Shown in pieces: positions 30,628 to 41,019 of a stretch of 64,000 nt of DNA. Both the position numbers and the translations under genes were made by a program. Location of the stretch: positions 1 through 64,000 of the forward strand of contig JAZJZK010000006.1 in assembly GCA_040389905.1 (NCBI GenBank). The letters run 5' to 3'. The notes beneath the pieces are model-generated. The model made no database searches, was not told the origin of the DNA, and was given only the letters and a program-made list of their open reading frames with translations. The DNA is from Gemmatimonadota bacterium. GTDB taxonomy: Bacteria; Gemmatimonadota; Gemmatimonadetes; Gemmatimonadales; Gemmatimonadaceae. Numbering within the stretch: the first letter of the stretch is position 1; the number at the start of each line of letters is the position of its first letter.

Positions 30628-30660
30628 CATATATATACGACATATATATGAGGCAGTCAA
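30628..30660 (-). promoter_or_regulatory. TTGACT-N17-TATATA promoter with CATATATATG palindromic operator (30641-30650) and a near-copy at 30628-30637
   Basis: AT-rich island in GC-rich DNA; ATG 30625 lies 6 nt after the -10. Confidence 0.75.
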
Positions 30661-30766
30661 GGATGGCTGTTGTCGATCGGTCGATTCCGAATGTCACCAT
30701 TGGGCTCGATTCGCTGCGTCGAATTCGCGCGCGACAAACCATTTCGCCGCGGCGCGACGCCAACGC

Positions 30767-30798
30767 GAAAAGGGCGCGCCGTCTCGGCGCGCCCTTTC
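30767..30798 (-). terminator. intrinsic terminator after the beta-barrel gene (possibly bidirectional)
   Basis: AAAGGGCGCGCCG-tct-CGGCGCGCCCTTT. Confidence 0.8.
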
Positions 30799-30816
30799 CA
30801 GCATCCCTGCGCTGAA

Positions 30817-31902
30817 TCAGCGGAAGGTCAGACCGAGCGTGATCGGGACGTAACTTGCCCGGCGTCCATTGGTGAATGTCGTGACGTAACGGGACTCGAT
30901 GAACACCTCGGTCGTTCCAATACCCCACGTGAGGCCGCCACCTGCGTTGAGCGCGCCTCGCGTGAGCGACTGGCTCGTACTGGTTACGGTTGTGCCGTTG
31001 TTGAATTCGGGGTTCGTGAGCGCGAAGCTGGTGTTGTAGTGGTTGAAGTAGTTCACGCCGCCGCCGCCAACGACATACAATCCACTGCGTGCGCCATCGA
31101 AGTACCCACTGAACGGCCAGCGCAACTTGAGGTCGGCCATAGCGGACCAGATCTGTGGATTCTCGGTAGCAATGACAGCAGTCGTTGGGGTGCCGGTCCC
31201 CGGAGCGGTTGGCAACCCAGTTGTGCGGAACGCCCTCCGAGAATCAAAGTTCGTGTAGCCGAGGTTGAGACGAAGACCGAGCGGCCCAGTCTGTGAGTCC
31301 CAGCCAATCGGCACGACCACGGTTGCGCCTGGATCATACGCTTCGCGGAGTGCTTCCGTCGGGATGCCCGATCCACCGCCGAGACCAATATAGAAACCGT
31401 TGCCATAGCGCTTCATGACCACGGGCGCAGGTTCCGGTGCCGGCGGTTCCGGCGGGGGCGGCGTCATGGGCGTATCGACCACAACAGGTGTCGGGGGCAC
31501 CGGCTCAGGGGTCGGTGGCGGCGGTGGTGGCGTCATTGGTGTGTCGACGGGAGCCGCAGCGACGGGCATCGGCGGTTCTTTTGAGACCGGAATGCGCGTT
31601 GACGACGCGACCCGCCGCGGGTCGAGCGATACGTCTCCACCTGACGTTTGCGTTGCGGTGCGGCAACGAACAGTCGTGCCGTTGACTGCGAGGCGAGTGC
31701 TGTCCGCTGCTCGGTCATTTGTGCGGATCGTATACGCCGTATCGCTGGCCATGACCTTCACCGGCGTCACTCGGCAGGTGTAGGCCATGCGAGGCGTTGC
31801 CGTGCTCTTGGCGGTCACCTGCGCGCCGACGCCGCTCGCACAGACGACGCCGAGCGCGAGAGCGAGCTCGAATGGTCGCTGGCGAATCGTAGGGATGTAC
31901 AT
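30817..31902 (-). CDS. outer-membrane beta-barrel protein with Pro-rich linker
   Basis: GGAGG RBS, signal peptide, duplicated VDTPMTPPPP, FYIGLGGG/YVVGGGG strands, C-terminal ITLGLTFR. Confidence 0.75.
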   Translation of the reverse strand: MYIPTIRQRPFELALALGVVCASGVGAQVTAKSTATPRMAYTCRVTPVKVMASDTAYTIRTNDRAADSTRLAVNGTTVRCRTATQTSGGDVSLDPRRVASSTRIPVSKEPPMPVAAAPVDTPMTPPPPPPTPEPVPPTPVVVDTPMTPPPPEPPAPEPAPVVMKRYGNGFYIGLGGGSGIPTEALREAYDPGATVVVPIGWDSQTGPLGLRLNLGYTNFDSRRAFRTTGLPTAPGTGTPTTAVIATENPQIWSAMADLKLRWPFSGYFDGARSGLYVVGGGGVNYFNHYNTSFALTNPEFNNGTTVTSTSQSLTRGALNAGGGLTWGIGTTEVFIESRYVTTFTNGRRASYVPITLGLTFR

Positions 31903-32223
31903 GCTACCTCCATTCTGCGTGCCCGATGCTGATGCCCTGCGGGCGGTGATCATGTTGGGACGCGGCCGGAAGCCAATCGGCGCTCGCCTGACGCACGCGT
32001 CCATTCTCACTAGCAGTTCACTCGCGTCGACCGAGAAGCAACGCTCGTGCCTCACTGCGTCATTTACCGCCGAACGCCACGTCGCATTTTCGTCGCGACG
32101 GACTCGGCAAAAACGCATGCTCGGCTCGCTACCTCGATACGGGAGGCGGGCGCGAGAGCTAGTCACGGATGAGTCGCCCGCACACATTCGTGCGAACGTT
32201 TCACTCAAAACCTTACCGTCACA

Positions 32224-33684
32224 ATGCGCGTGCTCGAGGTCTACATCGACGGTCGCTTCGTTCGCGCGCATGGCGCCGGCGTGACCGACGTCATCAATCC
32301 GGCAACGCAGGACGTGATTGCGCGCGTACCCGAGTGTGATGCGCGTGACGTGAACGCCGCAGTCGTCGCGGCGCGACGCGCGTTCGATTCGGCGCCGTGG
32401 AATGTCACGACGGCGCAGGAGCGCGGCCGAATTCTCTTCCGCCTCGCACACGTCGTGCGTGAGCATGCTGCACATCTTGCCGAACTCGAGACGATCAACA
32501 ATGGCAAGCCGATCGTGGAAGCGGAGTTCGACATCGCGGATGTCGCTACGTGCTTCGAGTACTATGGCGGCATGGCCACGAAAATTCACGGCGACGTCAT
32601 TCCGGTTCCCGATAACGCCATGAGCCTCGCGCTCAGAGAACCGGTCGGCGTGTGTGGCCAGATCGTTCCATGGAACTACCCGTTGCTCATGGCGGCGTGG
32701 AAAATCGCGCCTGCGATCTGCGCGGGGTGCACGGTCGTCTTGAAGCCTGCTGAGCAGACGCCGCTGACCATCCTGGAACTGGCGAAGCACTTCGATGGAG
32801 TCGGTCTTCCGCCGGGTGTGGTGAACATCATCACCGGCGTTGGCACCAGTGGTGCGTTGCTCGTGGAGCATCCGGACGTCGACAAGATCGCGTTCACCGG
32901 CAGTGCTGACGTTGGAAAAATCATCATGCGGTCGGCCGCCGACACGCTCAAGAAGATCACGCTCGAGTTGGGTGGCAAGTCGCCGAACATCCTCTTTGCT
33001 GATTCGGATTTCGAAGCGTGCGTCGACGGCGCATTGTTCGGGGTGTTCATCAACCAAGGCGAAGTATGTTCGGCAGGTAGCCGCATTCTGGTTCAGCGAC
33101 CGATCTACAAGCAGGTGATCGAGGCGATGGTCGAGAAGGCGCGTCGCATCACGCTCGGAAACGGCCTCGATCGCACAACGAAGATGGGCCCGCTCGTGAG
33201 CCGAGAGCAGCTCGATCGCGTGCTTGCGTATCTTGAGATCGGCCGTGGCGAGGCAACGCTCGCGATCGGCGGAAAACGGGCAACCGGCGCAGAGCTCGAT
33301 CGCGGTCTGTTCGTCGAGCCAACGATCTTTTACGACGTCGATACAACGGCACGCGTTGCACGGGAAGAGATTTTCGGTCCAGTGGCGTGCGTTATTCCCT
33401 TCGACGACGAGGCGGACGCGATCCGGATCGCCAATGACAGTGAATTCGGTCTCGCCGCGGCCGTGTGGACTCGCGACATCTTTCGGGCGATGCGCACGGT
33501 GAAGCAACTTCGCGCCGGAATCGTGTGGGTCAACCACATGCAACCGACCTTCGTCGAAGCACCGTGGGGCGGTTACAAACAGAGCGGCATCGGCCGCGAG
33601 CTAGGCAAGTGGGGCGTCGAGGAGTACTTGCACGTGAAGCAGGTGCACATCAACCTCGACGAGCGTCCGATTGGCTGGTACTGA
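32224..33684 (+). CDS. NAD-dependent aldehyde dehydrogenase (betaine-aldehyde-like)
   Basis: PWNYP, KPAEQTP, FTGS, LELGGKSP, GEVCSAG, EEIFGP. Confidence 0.96.
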   Translation: MRVLEVYIDGRFVRAHGAGVTDVINPATQDVIARVPECDARDVNAAVVAARRAFDSAPWNVTTAQERGRILFRLAHVVREHAAHLAELETINNGKPIVEAEFDIADVATCFEYYGGMATKIHGDVIPVPDNAMSLALREPVGVCGQIVPWNYPLLMAAWKIAPAICAGCTVVLKPAEQTPLTILELAKHFDGVGLPPGVVNIITGVGTSGALLVEHPDVDKIAFTGSADVGKIIMRSAADTLKKITLELGGKSPNILFADSDFEACVDGALFGVFINQGEVCSAGSRILVQRPIYKQVIEAMVEKARRITLGNGLDRTTKMGPLVSREQLDRVLAYLEIGRGEATLAIGGKRATGAELDRGLFVEPTIFYDVDTTARVAREEIFGPVACVIPFDDEADAIRIANDSEFGLAAAVWTRDIFRAMRTVKQLRAGIVWVNHMQPTFVEAPWGGYKQSGIGRELGKWGVEEYLHVKQVHINLDERPIGWY

Positions 33685-33713
33685 GTCGTGAACACTCTCA
33701 CCACCGGAATTCC

Positions 33714-36428
33714 ATGATTGCATTCACCCTCGTCGCGCTGCTGCAGGCCGCGCCGGCACAACGAGCACCACACCGCGACATCAGTGATCCTGGCGTCGTC
33801 GCGACCGGACAGCGCATTTCACCAGCGGGGGTGCAAAGTGTCTTCGACGGGCGCGTCGCGGGTGTGCGATTCGGCGCGGACCCGAGTGAAGTATGGGTGG
33901 CCGCGCCAAGCATGACGTATCGCCTCGATTGGCGCGCCAATCGCGCCGTCGCACGCGCGCGACTCGACGGTACGCCGGGTGTGCACGGCATATCCATCGA
34001 CCCGGTCACGCATCGGGTATTTGTTTCCTCGGTCGGACGACTGCCGGCGGTGTCGCAGACACCAGGCATGGCGGCTCCGCGGAATCCCGCGGTAACATAC
34101 CTGAGCGCGATGTCCGCGGATGTCGCCGGCGACAGCGCCGCGCCGACCTGGCGCACCGCAGGGCTCGGCGATTACATGGCCGGCGCGCCGGCGATTGCTG
34201 CCAGGGCCAGCTCCGACGGACGGCGTCTCGCGGCGCTCCCTCTTCCCGCGAATGATGGACTCGCCGTGCTCGACGCCGTGACGGGCGCCACCATTCGAAC
34301 GATCTCTTTAGGCGTCGAACCGATCGCGGCCGTGATCGCGAGCGATGGGAAAACCGCGTGGGTGTCCATCCTTGGCGGGCCCAAGCCGACCGGCACGCAA
34401 CGCTCGGCGATGCAGTGCTGCGACCCGCGGGTCGAGGCCGTACGTATCGATGCACGCGGCATCGCCGAGCCTGGATCCGTCAGTCGCGTCGATCTCGAGG
34501 CGGGGAAGGTGATCGCCGACATTCCAGCAGGGCGTCACCCAACGGCGCTTGCGCTCGACGAACGTCATGGCCGTCTCTTCGTTGCCGCGGGCAACTCCGA
34601 TTCGGTGTGGGTAATCGATACAAAGTCGAACGCCGTTTCTGCACGCATCGCCGTGGCACCATTTCGCGAACGGAATGCGGGGTTGGCGCCGACCGCGCTC
34701 GCGCTGACTCCAGACGGGTCGACGCTCTTCGTGTCGCTTGGTGGGGTGAATGCCGTTGCGGTCTACGACGTGAGTGGTGGCGCGGCGAGACTCTCGGGAT
34801 TGATTCCGACCGCCTGGTATCCCGCGAGCCTGGATGTGAGTGCCGACGGCAAGTATCTCGCGGTTGGCGCGCTCCTCGGCGTCGGTTCCGGCGTGGGCAC
34901 CACGAGTGGAAAACGGGGGCGGTACGTGCACGCCGTGCGTGGATCCGTGAATGTCCTGCCGCTTCCGACACCGGCCGAGCTTACCGCCTTTTCGACGGCC
35001 GTTGCGACGAACAATCGCCTCAACCTCTCCTCAGCGGCGGTGTCGCCCGCGCGCCCGGTCGCGACGTTGAAGCGCGCGGTTCCGGAGCGTCCCGGTGATC
35101 CGTCGCTGATCGAGCACGTGGTGTTCATCGTCCGGGAGAACCGAACATACGATCAGGTGCTCGGCGATCTCGATCGTGGCGCGCACGATTCGTCGCTGGT
35201 GATCTACGGACGCGACGTCACGCCGAACGCGCATGCACTGTCCGAGCAATTCGTCACGCTCGATCACTTCTTCGCATCGGGTGGCAACTCTGCGGACGGG
35301 CATCAGTGGTTGACGCAGGCGAACGAGACGGACTACCCGATGTGGCCTCTGTACTTCGGTCGTAGCTATCCCTCGGAGGGCGAGGACGCGCTCGCCTATT
35401 CCTCGGGTGGCTTTCTCTGGGAGAGCGCACAGAAGAAGAACAAGTCGGTCGTCGTCTTCGGTGAGTACGCGCCGTCGCCGAAAGGGTCGTCGGCCGCCCT
35501 GCGCTCGACGATGCTCGAGGAGTACTTCAAGCGACCCGATGATTTCGCCGGCCAGCGCGAACTACTCAGGAAGAAGTACAAGACCCACTCTGAAATTCCG
35601 TCGCTCGACCGTGCGCTCGTCGAAGAGTATCCGGGCTGGACGCAGGAGTCACCGGATGTGGTCAAGGCGGGCGATATCCTCTATCACCTCGGCGAATGGG
35701 AGAAGGCGGGAAAGATGCCGAATCTCATCATGGTCATCCTGCCGAGCGATCACACGCAGGGCACGAGCGCAGCGTGGTGTACGCCGAAGGCGTGTGTCGC
35801 CGACAACGATCTCGCGCTCGGGAAGATCGTGGACGGACTTTCGCACTCGACGTTCTGGAAGGACATGGCGATTCTCGTGGTCGAGGACGATGCACAGAAT
35901 GGCGTCGACCACATCGACGGCCACCGCACCGTGGCGCTCGCGATCTCGCCCTACGCCCGCCGTGGCATCGTGGACTCGACGTTCTATTCCCAGCCGAGCA
36001 TGGTGAAGACGATCGAGCTGATGCTTGGCCTGCCGTCGATGTCGATCTTCGACCTGGTGGCGACGGACATGCGCGCCAGCTTCATCGATGATGGTGCGGC
36101 TCCCGACCTTCGACCCTACAGCGCCCTGACGCCCACGCAATCGCTTCTCGACAAGAATCCGCGTGTTGGTGCGATCACAGGGCCGGACGCGGCGGCTCGC
36201 AAACAAGCTGCGCTCGCGTCAGCGCGCATGGTTCTCGATCGTCCTGATGAGGCGCCAACCGAGACGCTCAACCGGATACTCTGGCATGACGCGAAGGGCT
36301 GGAAGAATCCGTACCCCGACGTCAGGGCGTCCTTGTTCTTTCCAATGTCCGTCGATGTGGCCGACGAAGATCGCGAGGAGAAGAGGGAGGAGAAGCGTCC
36401 TGCGAAATCAACGAAGCGGCGCGACTAA
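33714..36428 (+). CDS. YVTN/YncE beta-propeller + phosphoesterase (alkaline-phosphatase superfamily), secreted
   Basis: propeller repeats (GRHPTALAL, SDSVWVID); RENRTYDQ, SADGHQW, EDDAQNGVDHIDGHR. Confidence 0.85.
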   Translation: MIAFTLVALLQAAPAQRAPHRDISDPGVVATGQRISPAGVQSVFDGRVAGVRFGADPSEVWVAAPSMTYRLDWRANRAVARARLDGTPGVHGISIDPVTHRVFVSSVGRLPAVSQTPGMAAPRNPAVTYLSAMSADVAGDSAAPTWRTAGLGDYMAGAPAIAARASSDGRRLAALPLPANDGLAVLDAVTGATIRTISLGVEPIAAVIASDGKTAWVSILGGPKPTGTQRSAMQCCDPRVEAVRIDARGIAEPGSVSRVDLEAGKVIADIPAGRHPTALALDERHGRLFVAAGNSDSVWVIDTKSNAVSARIAVAPFRERNAGLAPTALALTPDGSTLFVSLGGVNAVAVYDVSGGAARLSGLIPTAWYPASLDVSADGKYLAVGALLGVGSGVGTTSGKRGRYVHAVRGSVNVLPLPTPAELTAFSTAVATNNRLNLSSAAVSPARPVATLKRAVPERPGDPSLIEHVVFIVRENRTYDQVLGDLDRGAHDSSLVIYGRDVTPNAHALSEQFVTLDHFFASGGNSADGHQWLTQANETDYPMWPLYFGRSYPSEGEDALAYSSGGFLWESAQKKNKSVVVFGEYAPSPKGSSAALRSTMLEEYFKRPDDFAGQRELLRKKYKTHSEIPSLDRALVEEYPGWTQESPDVVKAGDILYHLGEWEKAGKMPNLIMVILPSDHTQGTSAAWCTPKACVADNDLALGKIVDGLSHSTFWKDMAILVVEDDAQNGVDHIDGHRTVALAISPYARRGIVDSTFYSQPSMVKTIELMLGLPSMSIFDLVATDMRASFIDDGAAPDLRPYSALTPTQSLLDKNPRVGAITGPDAAARKQAALASARMVLDRPDEAPTETLNRILWHDAKGWKNPYPDVRASLFFPMSVDVADEDREEKREEKRPAKSTKRRD

Positions 36429-37415
36429 TGCTGCTTTCTCGGCGTGTGCGGTCAGCAACGACCGCACCCGCTCGATGGCGGTGGCCGTGCGCTCCGCGAA
36501 TGTTCCGCCGAGCCTCACGTAGGGCTGATGGGCCGCGCGGAGTTCTGCCCTGAGCCGCCGAGAGTGCTCCGCGCGCCGCATATCGAGCACGCGTGTGCCG
36601 TCGTCCACCCACGGGACGTCGCCATCGAGGAGCAGGGCAAGGTCGTAGTGGCGCGAGCGCGCCGCCTGTGTAAGCCACGCCGGTCGCGCATCGAGAATCA
36701 GGTCGCTCCACGTACACGTCGTGAGCAGGTCCGTGTCGCAGATGAGCAACCGGTTCGCATCGAATACGGCGGCGTCCTCCATCGCCGCCTGGCCCCAGGC
36801 GATCGCCTCGAAATCCGGGAGCGTCAGATCGAGCGCCGGCCTGCCCGCCTCACAGTATTCACGCCCGTATTCAGGCACCCACACTGTCTCGAATTCCTCG
36901 GCGAGTGTGCGTGCGAGTGTGGTCTTTCCCGACGATTCCGGACCAAGCAGCACGACGCGACGCGCGAACCACGGCCGTGCAGCGCGGGGAAGAAAATCCC
37001 AGGTCGCCATGGGATCTTCGCGGATGGCGGAACCGGAAATGGGAACCGTGTGGCGAGCCAGGTCGACGCAATCGTGTCGCGCTCCGAGCCGCGCGGCCAA
37101 CTCATCGCCGTACATTTCCGACGTGAACACCACGTCGACGTGACCCGCGTGGCGCGCGATCACATCGAGCCACCGTGCCCAGAAGCTGGGGTGCTCCTCC
37201 GGCGTCTGGGGCAGTTCCTCGCTCACATGAAGGACGGTGCAATCCGGGTGTTCGCCGTGCATCCACCGGTGCCGCACGCCGCCGGGAATCGGCTCGGCGG
37301 CGATCGAGCACACGAGGACCGTCAGTCTGTCCACCCTGGCGCGTGCCGCGCGAATCAGGTGGGCATGCCCTGCGTGGTAGGGAAGAAACTTCCCGATGAT
37401 GAGTCCGTGCATCAT
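36408..37415 (-). CDS. NadR-like NMN adenylyltransferase/ribosylnicotinamide kinase lacking an HTH
   Basis: GKFLPYHAGH, GPESSGKTT Walker A, EYGREY, CDTD, PWVDDGTR. Confidence 0.85.
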   Translation of the reverse strand: MMHGLIIGKFLPYHAGHAHLIRAARARVDRLTVLVCSIAAEPIPGGVRHRWMHGEHPDCTVLHVSEELPQTPEEHPSFWARWLDVIARHAGHVDVVFTSEMYGDELAARLGARHDCVDLARHTVPISGSAIREDPMATWDFLPRAARPWFARRVVLLGPESSGKTTLARTLAEEFETVWVPEYGREYCEAGRPALDLTLPDFEAIAWGQAAMEDAAVFDANRLLICDTDLLTTCTWSDLILDARPAWLTQAARSRHYDLALLLDGDVPWVDDGTRVLDMRRAEHSRRLRAELRAAHQPYVRLGGTFAERTATAIERVRSLLTAHAEKAALVAPLR

Positions 37416-37493
37416 GGCGTAAGGAAAAACCCGAGTGCCCAGGAAACGTTCACGAATTTACTCACCGGCTGCCTCCGGCGACTATTTTTCTGC

Positions 37494-38624
37494 ATGCCAG
37501 AGACTCTCCAGGAGCGCGTCGCCAAGACGCTTTCGAATATCAGGAATCCGCGCACCGGCGCGGACGTCTATTCCACGCAACAGGTCCGTGACATCGCGAC
37601 GACGACGGACGGCAAAGTCCACATGACGCTGCTGCTCACGAAGGACGACGACCCGACGCTCGCGCGAACGGTCAGGCAGGAAGTGGAAAAGATCGAGGGG
37701 GTGACGGATGTGCAACTGCAAGTGAAGCCCGTTCGAATCCCGGACGGCGCCCCGCAGGGAGCGCCGCCGAAGCCCATGTCTTCCGGCCGTTCATTGCCGG
37801 TCATGGATCAGGCACCCGCCGCCCCGGCACGCCCCGCGGCGCCGACGCCCAAGCGTTATCCCAACCTCGGCAAGATCATCGCGGTGTCGTCAGGAAAGGG
37901 CGGCGTCGGCAAGTCGACTGTCGCGGTGAATCTCGCCGTCTCACTCGCGCAGAGCGGTAAGCGCATCGGCCTGATGGATGCCGACATCTACGGGCCGAAC
38001 ATTCCGCGCATGATGGGCGTGAGCGGCCAGCCTTCGGTCATCGACGAGAAGATTATCCCGCTCGAGGCGCACGGCGTAAAGTTGATGTCGCTTGGCATGA
38101 TGATCGAGCCCGACCAGCCCGCCATCTGGCGTGGGCCCATCGTCATGAAGATCATCACGCAGTTCCTGCAGGACGTTGCGTGGGGACAGCTCGACTATCT
38201 CTTTGTGGACATGCCGCCAGGCACGGGCGACGCGCAGCTCTCGCTCGTGCAGGCGACGCAAGTCGACGGTGCGCTCATCGTGACCACGCCGCAAGAGGTG
38301 AGTGTCGGCGACGCGCTTCGCGGTGTGAAGATGTTCCAGCGCGTCGGCGTGCCGGTGCTCGGCATCATCGAGAACATGAGCTGGTTCGAATGCCCGCATT
38401 GCGGAAAACCGTCTGCGCTCTTCGGCTCGGGGGGTGGCGAACGCCTGGCCGCCTCCGTCGAACTCCCACTCCTCGGGCAGGTACCGCTCTACCCACGCGT
38501 CATGGAAGGGGGAGACACCGGTAAGCCCATCGTGACCGCGGATCCGCAATCGTCCGCCGCGAAGGCGTTGGCGAAGATCGCATCAACCGTCGACACCGCC
38601 GCGCGCGCGCTCACGTCGGCTTGA
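37494..38624 (+). CDS. mrp: Mrp/ApbC/NBP35 Fe-S cluster carrier ATPase
   Basis: SGKGGVGKST, DADIYGP, DMPPGTGD, ENMS..CPHC. Confidence 0.95.
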   Translation: MPETLQERVAKTLSNIRNPRTGADVYSTQQVRDIATTTDGKVHMTLLLTKDDDPTLARTVRQEVEKIEGVTDVQLQVKPVRIPDGAPQGAPPKPMSSGRSLPVMDQAPAAPARPAAPTPKRYPNLGKIIAVSSGKGGVGKSTVAVNLAVSLAQSGKRIGLMDADIYGPNIPRMMGVSGQPSVIDEKIIPLEAHGVKLMSLGMMIEPDQPAIWRGPIVMKIITQFLQDVAWGQLDYLFVDMPPGTGDAQLSLVQATQVDGALIVTTPQEVSVGDALRGVKMFQRVGVPVLGIIENMSWFECPHCGKPSALFGSGGGERLAASVELPLLGQVPLYPRVMEGGDTGKPIVTADPQSSAAKALAKIASTVDTAARALTSA

Positions 38625-38653
38625 GCGCGCACTCGCAGCGCTGAGCGCTGGAC

Positions 38654-40057
38654 GTGTCCGAGACGATCCTCGGCAGCTCGCTCCCCCTCGAGTCCCACGA
38701 GGGACTGGTTACTGTCGCGGTCACCAGCAGGTCCGAGTCCGCGCATCTCGTGAACGACCCGCTCGGGCGCACAATCGCGCGGGTCGCGCTGCCGGCGGTC
38801 GCGTCGTCGCTCTTGATGACGCTCTTCTTTTCCGTCGACACCTTCTGGATCGGAACGAAGCTCGGCTCCACGGCACTCGCGGCGGCGTCCACATCGGTAT
38901 TCTGGATCTGGCTGCTCGTGTCGATCGCGGAAATGATCAACGTGGGATTGACCGCCGTCGCGGCAAGGCGGCATGGCGAAGGGCGGCCGGAGGCGGCGGC
39001 ACGCATCGCCGGGGATGCGCTCCTCCTCGCCCTCGCGCTCGGTGCCGTGTGCACGGCGGTCGGTCTGCCACTCCTGCCGCACATGTTTGCGGTGATGGGC
39101 ACGGGGCCGGAGATCAGCGCGCTCGGGCAGCGCTATCTCGCCACGTATCTCCTCGGTGCGCCATTGCTCTTCGGCTTCTTCGCGATCGACGCGGCATTCC
39201 GCGCATCGGGAGATACGAGGACACCATTTCTCCTGCTCGTCGTGAGTGTTGGGCTGACGCTCGTCGCCGATCCCGTGCTCATCATTGGGTGGGGGCCGAT
39301 TCCCGCGCTCGGCATGTCCGGTGCGGCGATTGCCACGGTTGGCACGCGTGCCGTTGCGTTCGCGCTCGGCGTGACGATCGTGGGCCGACGAGGCGTGCTT
39401 ACCTTTGGCAAGCCGGACTGGCGTGCGCTACGGCAGGTCGCGCGCATCGGCCTGCCCACCGCCGTCACCGGCGTTGTGTTTTCTCTGATTTACGTGATGG
39501 TTACGCGCTCCGCGACGCAATTCGGAACCCCGGCGCTCGCCGCATTTGGAATTGGTCACCGTGTCGAGAGTTGGTTGTACATGATCGCCGTTGGGTTCGG
39601 CGCGGCAACGGCGGCGATCGTCGGGCAGAATCTCGGCGCCGGCCGCGCGGACCGCGCTGCACGAGCGGGCTGGCTGTCCGTCGCCTTTTGCTCCGTGATT
39701 GGACTCGTGGCGTGCATCGTGGAGTTGAGCATGCCGGAGCGATTTGCTTCGATCTTCAGCAGCGATCCCGCCGTGGTCAAGGAAGGCGCGAACTTCCTGC
39801 GGATTGCCGCGATCTCGCAGTTGGGAATCTGTGCCGAAATCGTCCTCGAGGGCGCGCTCGGCGGCGCGGGACATACGATGGCGCCGATGCTCACCTCCAC
39901 GTCGATCACTGTGCTGCGCATTCCGATCGCGGCGTGGGCGGCGTCGCGCTATGGTACGGCGGGGATCTGGTGGACGATCTCGCTGACAGCGCTTGGGCGC
40001 GCGCTGGCGATGATGGCGATCTGGAAGGCTGGCCGTTGGCGCCGGATATCAGTGTGA
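38654..40057 (+). CDS. MATE-family efflux transporter
   Basis: RASGDTRTP, VGQNLGAG, two repeats of about 6 TM helices. Confidence 0.9.
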   Translation: MSETILGSSLPLESHEGLVTVAVTSRSESAHLVNDPLGRTIARVALPAVASSLLMTLFFSVDTFWIGTKLGSTALAAASTSVFWIWLLVSIAEMINVGLTAVAARRHGEGRPEAAARIAGDALLLALALGAVCTAVGLPLLPHMFAVMGTGPEISALGQRYLATYLLGAPLLFGFFAIDAAFRASGDTRTPFLLLVVSVGLTLVADPVLIIGWGPIPALGMSGAAIATVGTRAVAFALGVTIVGRRGVLTFGKPDWRALRQVARIGLPTAVTGVVFSLIYVMVTRSATQFGTPALAAFGIGHRVESWLYMIAVGFGAATAAIVGQNLGAGRADRAARAGWLSVAFCSVIGLVACIVELSMPERFASIFSSDPAVVKEGANFLRIAAISQLGICAEIVLEGALGGAGHTMAPMLTSTSITVLRIPIAAWAASRYGTAGIWWTISLTALGRALAMMAIWKAGRWRRISV

Positions 40058-40984
40058 CTTCTTGACGCGTTCCATGGACGGAGTGCCAGGGCCGTCCTGC
40101 GATACGATCCGCCCGAGATAGATGGCGCCTTTCAACGGATCCACTGCCCCGGTTCCATGGTGCAGCTCCGACGCCAATTCGCCGGCGCTGAGAAACACGA
40201 GCATCGTGTAGTACATCCACGAGAGGAGCACGATGACGCCGCCGATCGTGCCGTACGTCTTGTTGTAGGAGCCGAAGTGCTGCACGTACACCCGGAACAG
40301 CAGCGTGGCGGCAATCCAGAGCGCGGTACCAGCGGACGCAGCCACGATCAGATGGGCCCAACGTTGCGAAACGTTCGGGAGCAGCTTGAAGAGGGCGACG
40401 CAGAGCGCGATGACCAGGACGATGGCAACACCGGTCTGCGCGATGGCCCAAATGGCGATGACCCCCGCGTCGAGATGGAGGATGCCGCCCAACCAGTGCG
40501 CGACCCGCTCGCCGTCGAGCAACACGACTGTCGATAACAGGACGACCGCACCAGACAGCGCCAGGCACGTCAATCGGATCGCCTGTTTCTTCCACCAGGG
40601 GCGGGTCTCGCTCACGTCATACGCGACGTTGAGCGCGTCCATCAGCGAGCCGAAGATGCCTGAGCCAGACCAGCCAGCCAGCAGGACGCCAACCGACATG
40701 ATGCCGGCATTGCCGCTGGACGTGATGATCTCGAGGAGCGTCTTTCGGAGGAGTGAAAGCGCGTCCGCCGGAAGCGTCGTTGCCAGGGTGGAAATCAGCG
40801 CCTCCATCAACTCACGGCCATTCCCGACGAGTCCGAGAAGTGGTGTGAGGAACAGCAGGAGGGGGAAAAGCGAAAAGAAGAAGTAGTACGCAGTTTCCGC
40901 GGACAGGGAGAGAATGCGGTCTTCGCCGATCTCACGCACCGTCTTTTTCAAGAGCGGACCTACCCTGAAACCCTTGATGATCAT
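40049..40984 (-). CDS. YihY/virulence factor BrkB family membrane protein
   Basis: AYYFFFSLFP, ALNVAY, YNKTYGTIGGVIVLLSWMY. Confidence 0.92.
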   Translation of the reverse strand: MIIKGFRVGPLLKKTVREIGEDRILSLSAETAYYFFFSLFPLLLFLTPLLGLVGNGRELMEALISTLATTLPADALSLLRKTLLEIITSSGNAGIMSVGVLLAGWSGSGIFGSLMDALNVAYDVSETRPWWKKQAIRLTCLALSGAVVLLSTVVLLDGERVAHWLGGILHLDAGVIAIWAIAQTGVAIVLVIALCVALFKLLPNVSQRWAHLIVAASAGTALWIAATLLFRVYVQHFGSYNKTYGTIGGVIVLLSWMYYTMLVFLSAGELASELHHGTGAVDPLKGAIYLGRIVSQDGPGTPSMERVKKSH

Positions 40985-41019
40985 GGGCCTTCAGGGGGCA
41001 ATGAGCGGGCCAGACTTGG

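Noticed and set aside
31903..32223. Possible ncRNA in the 320-nt divergent intergenic region
   Set aside because: No recognisable RNA family motif or convincing long stem
30817..33543. 908-aa minus-strand ORF
   Set aside because: The upstream part is the antisense shadow of the aldehyde dehydrogenase; the real gene starts at ATG 31902 with a GGAGG RBS
36444..37493. Long N-terminal extension on Mrp
   Set aside because: Antisense to the NadR-like gene; Mrp homology starts at ATG 37494
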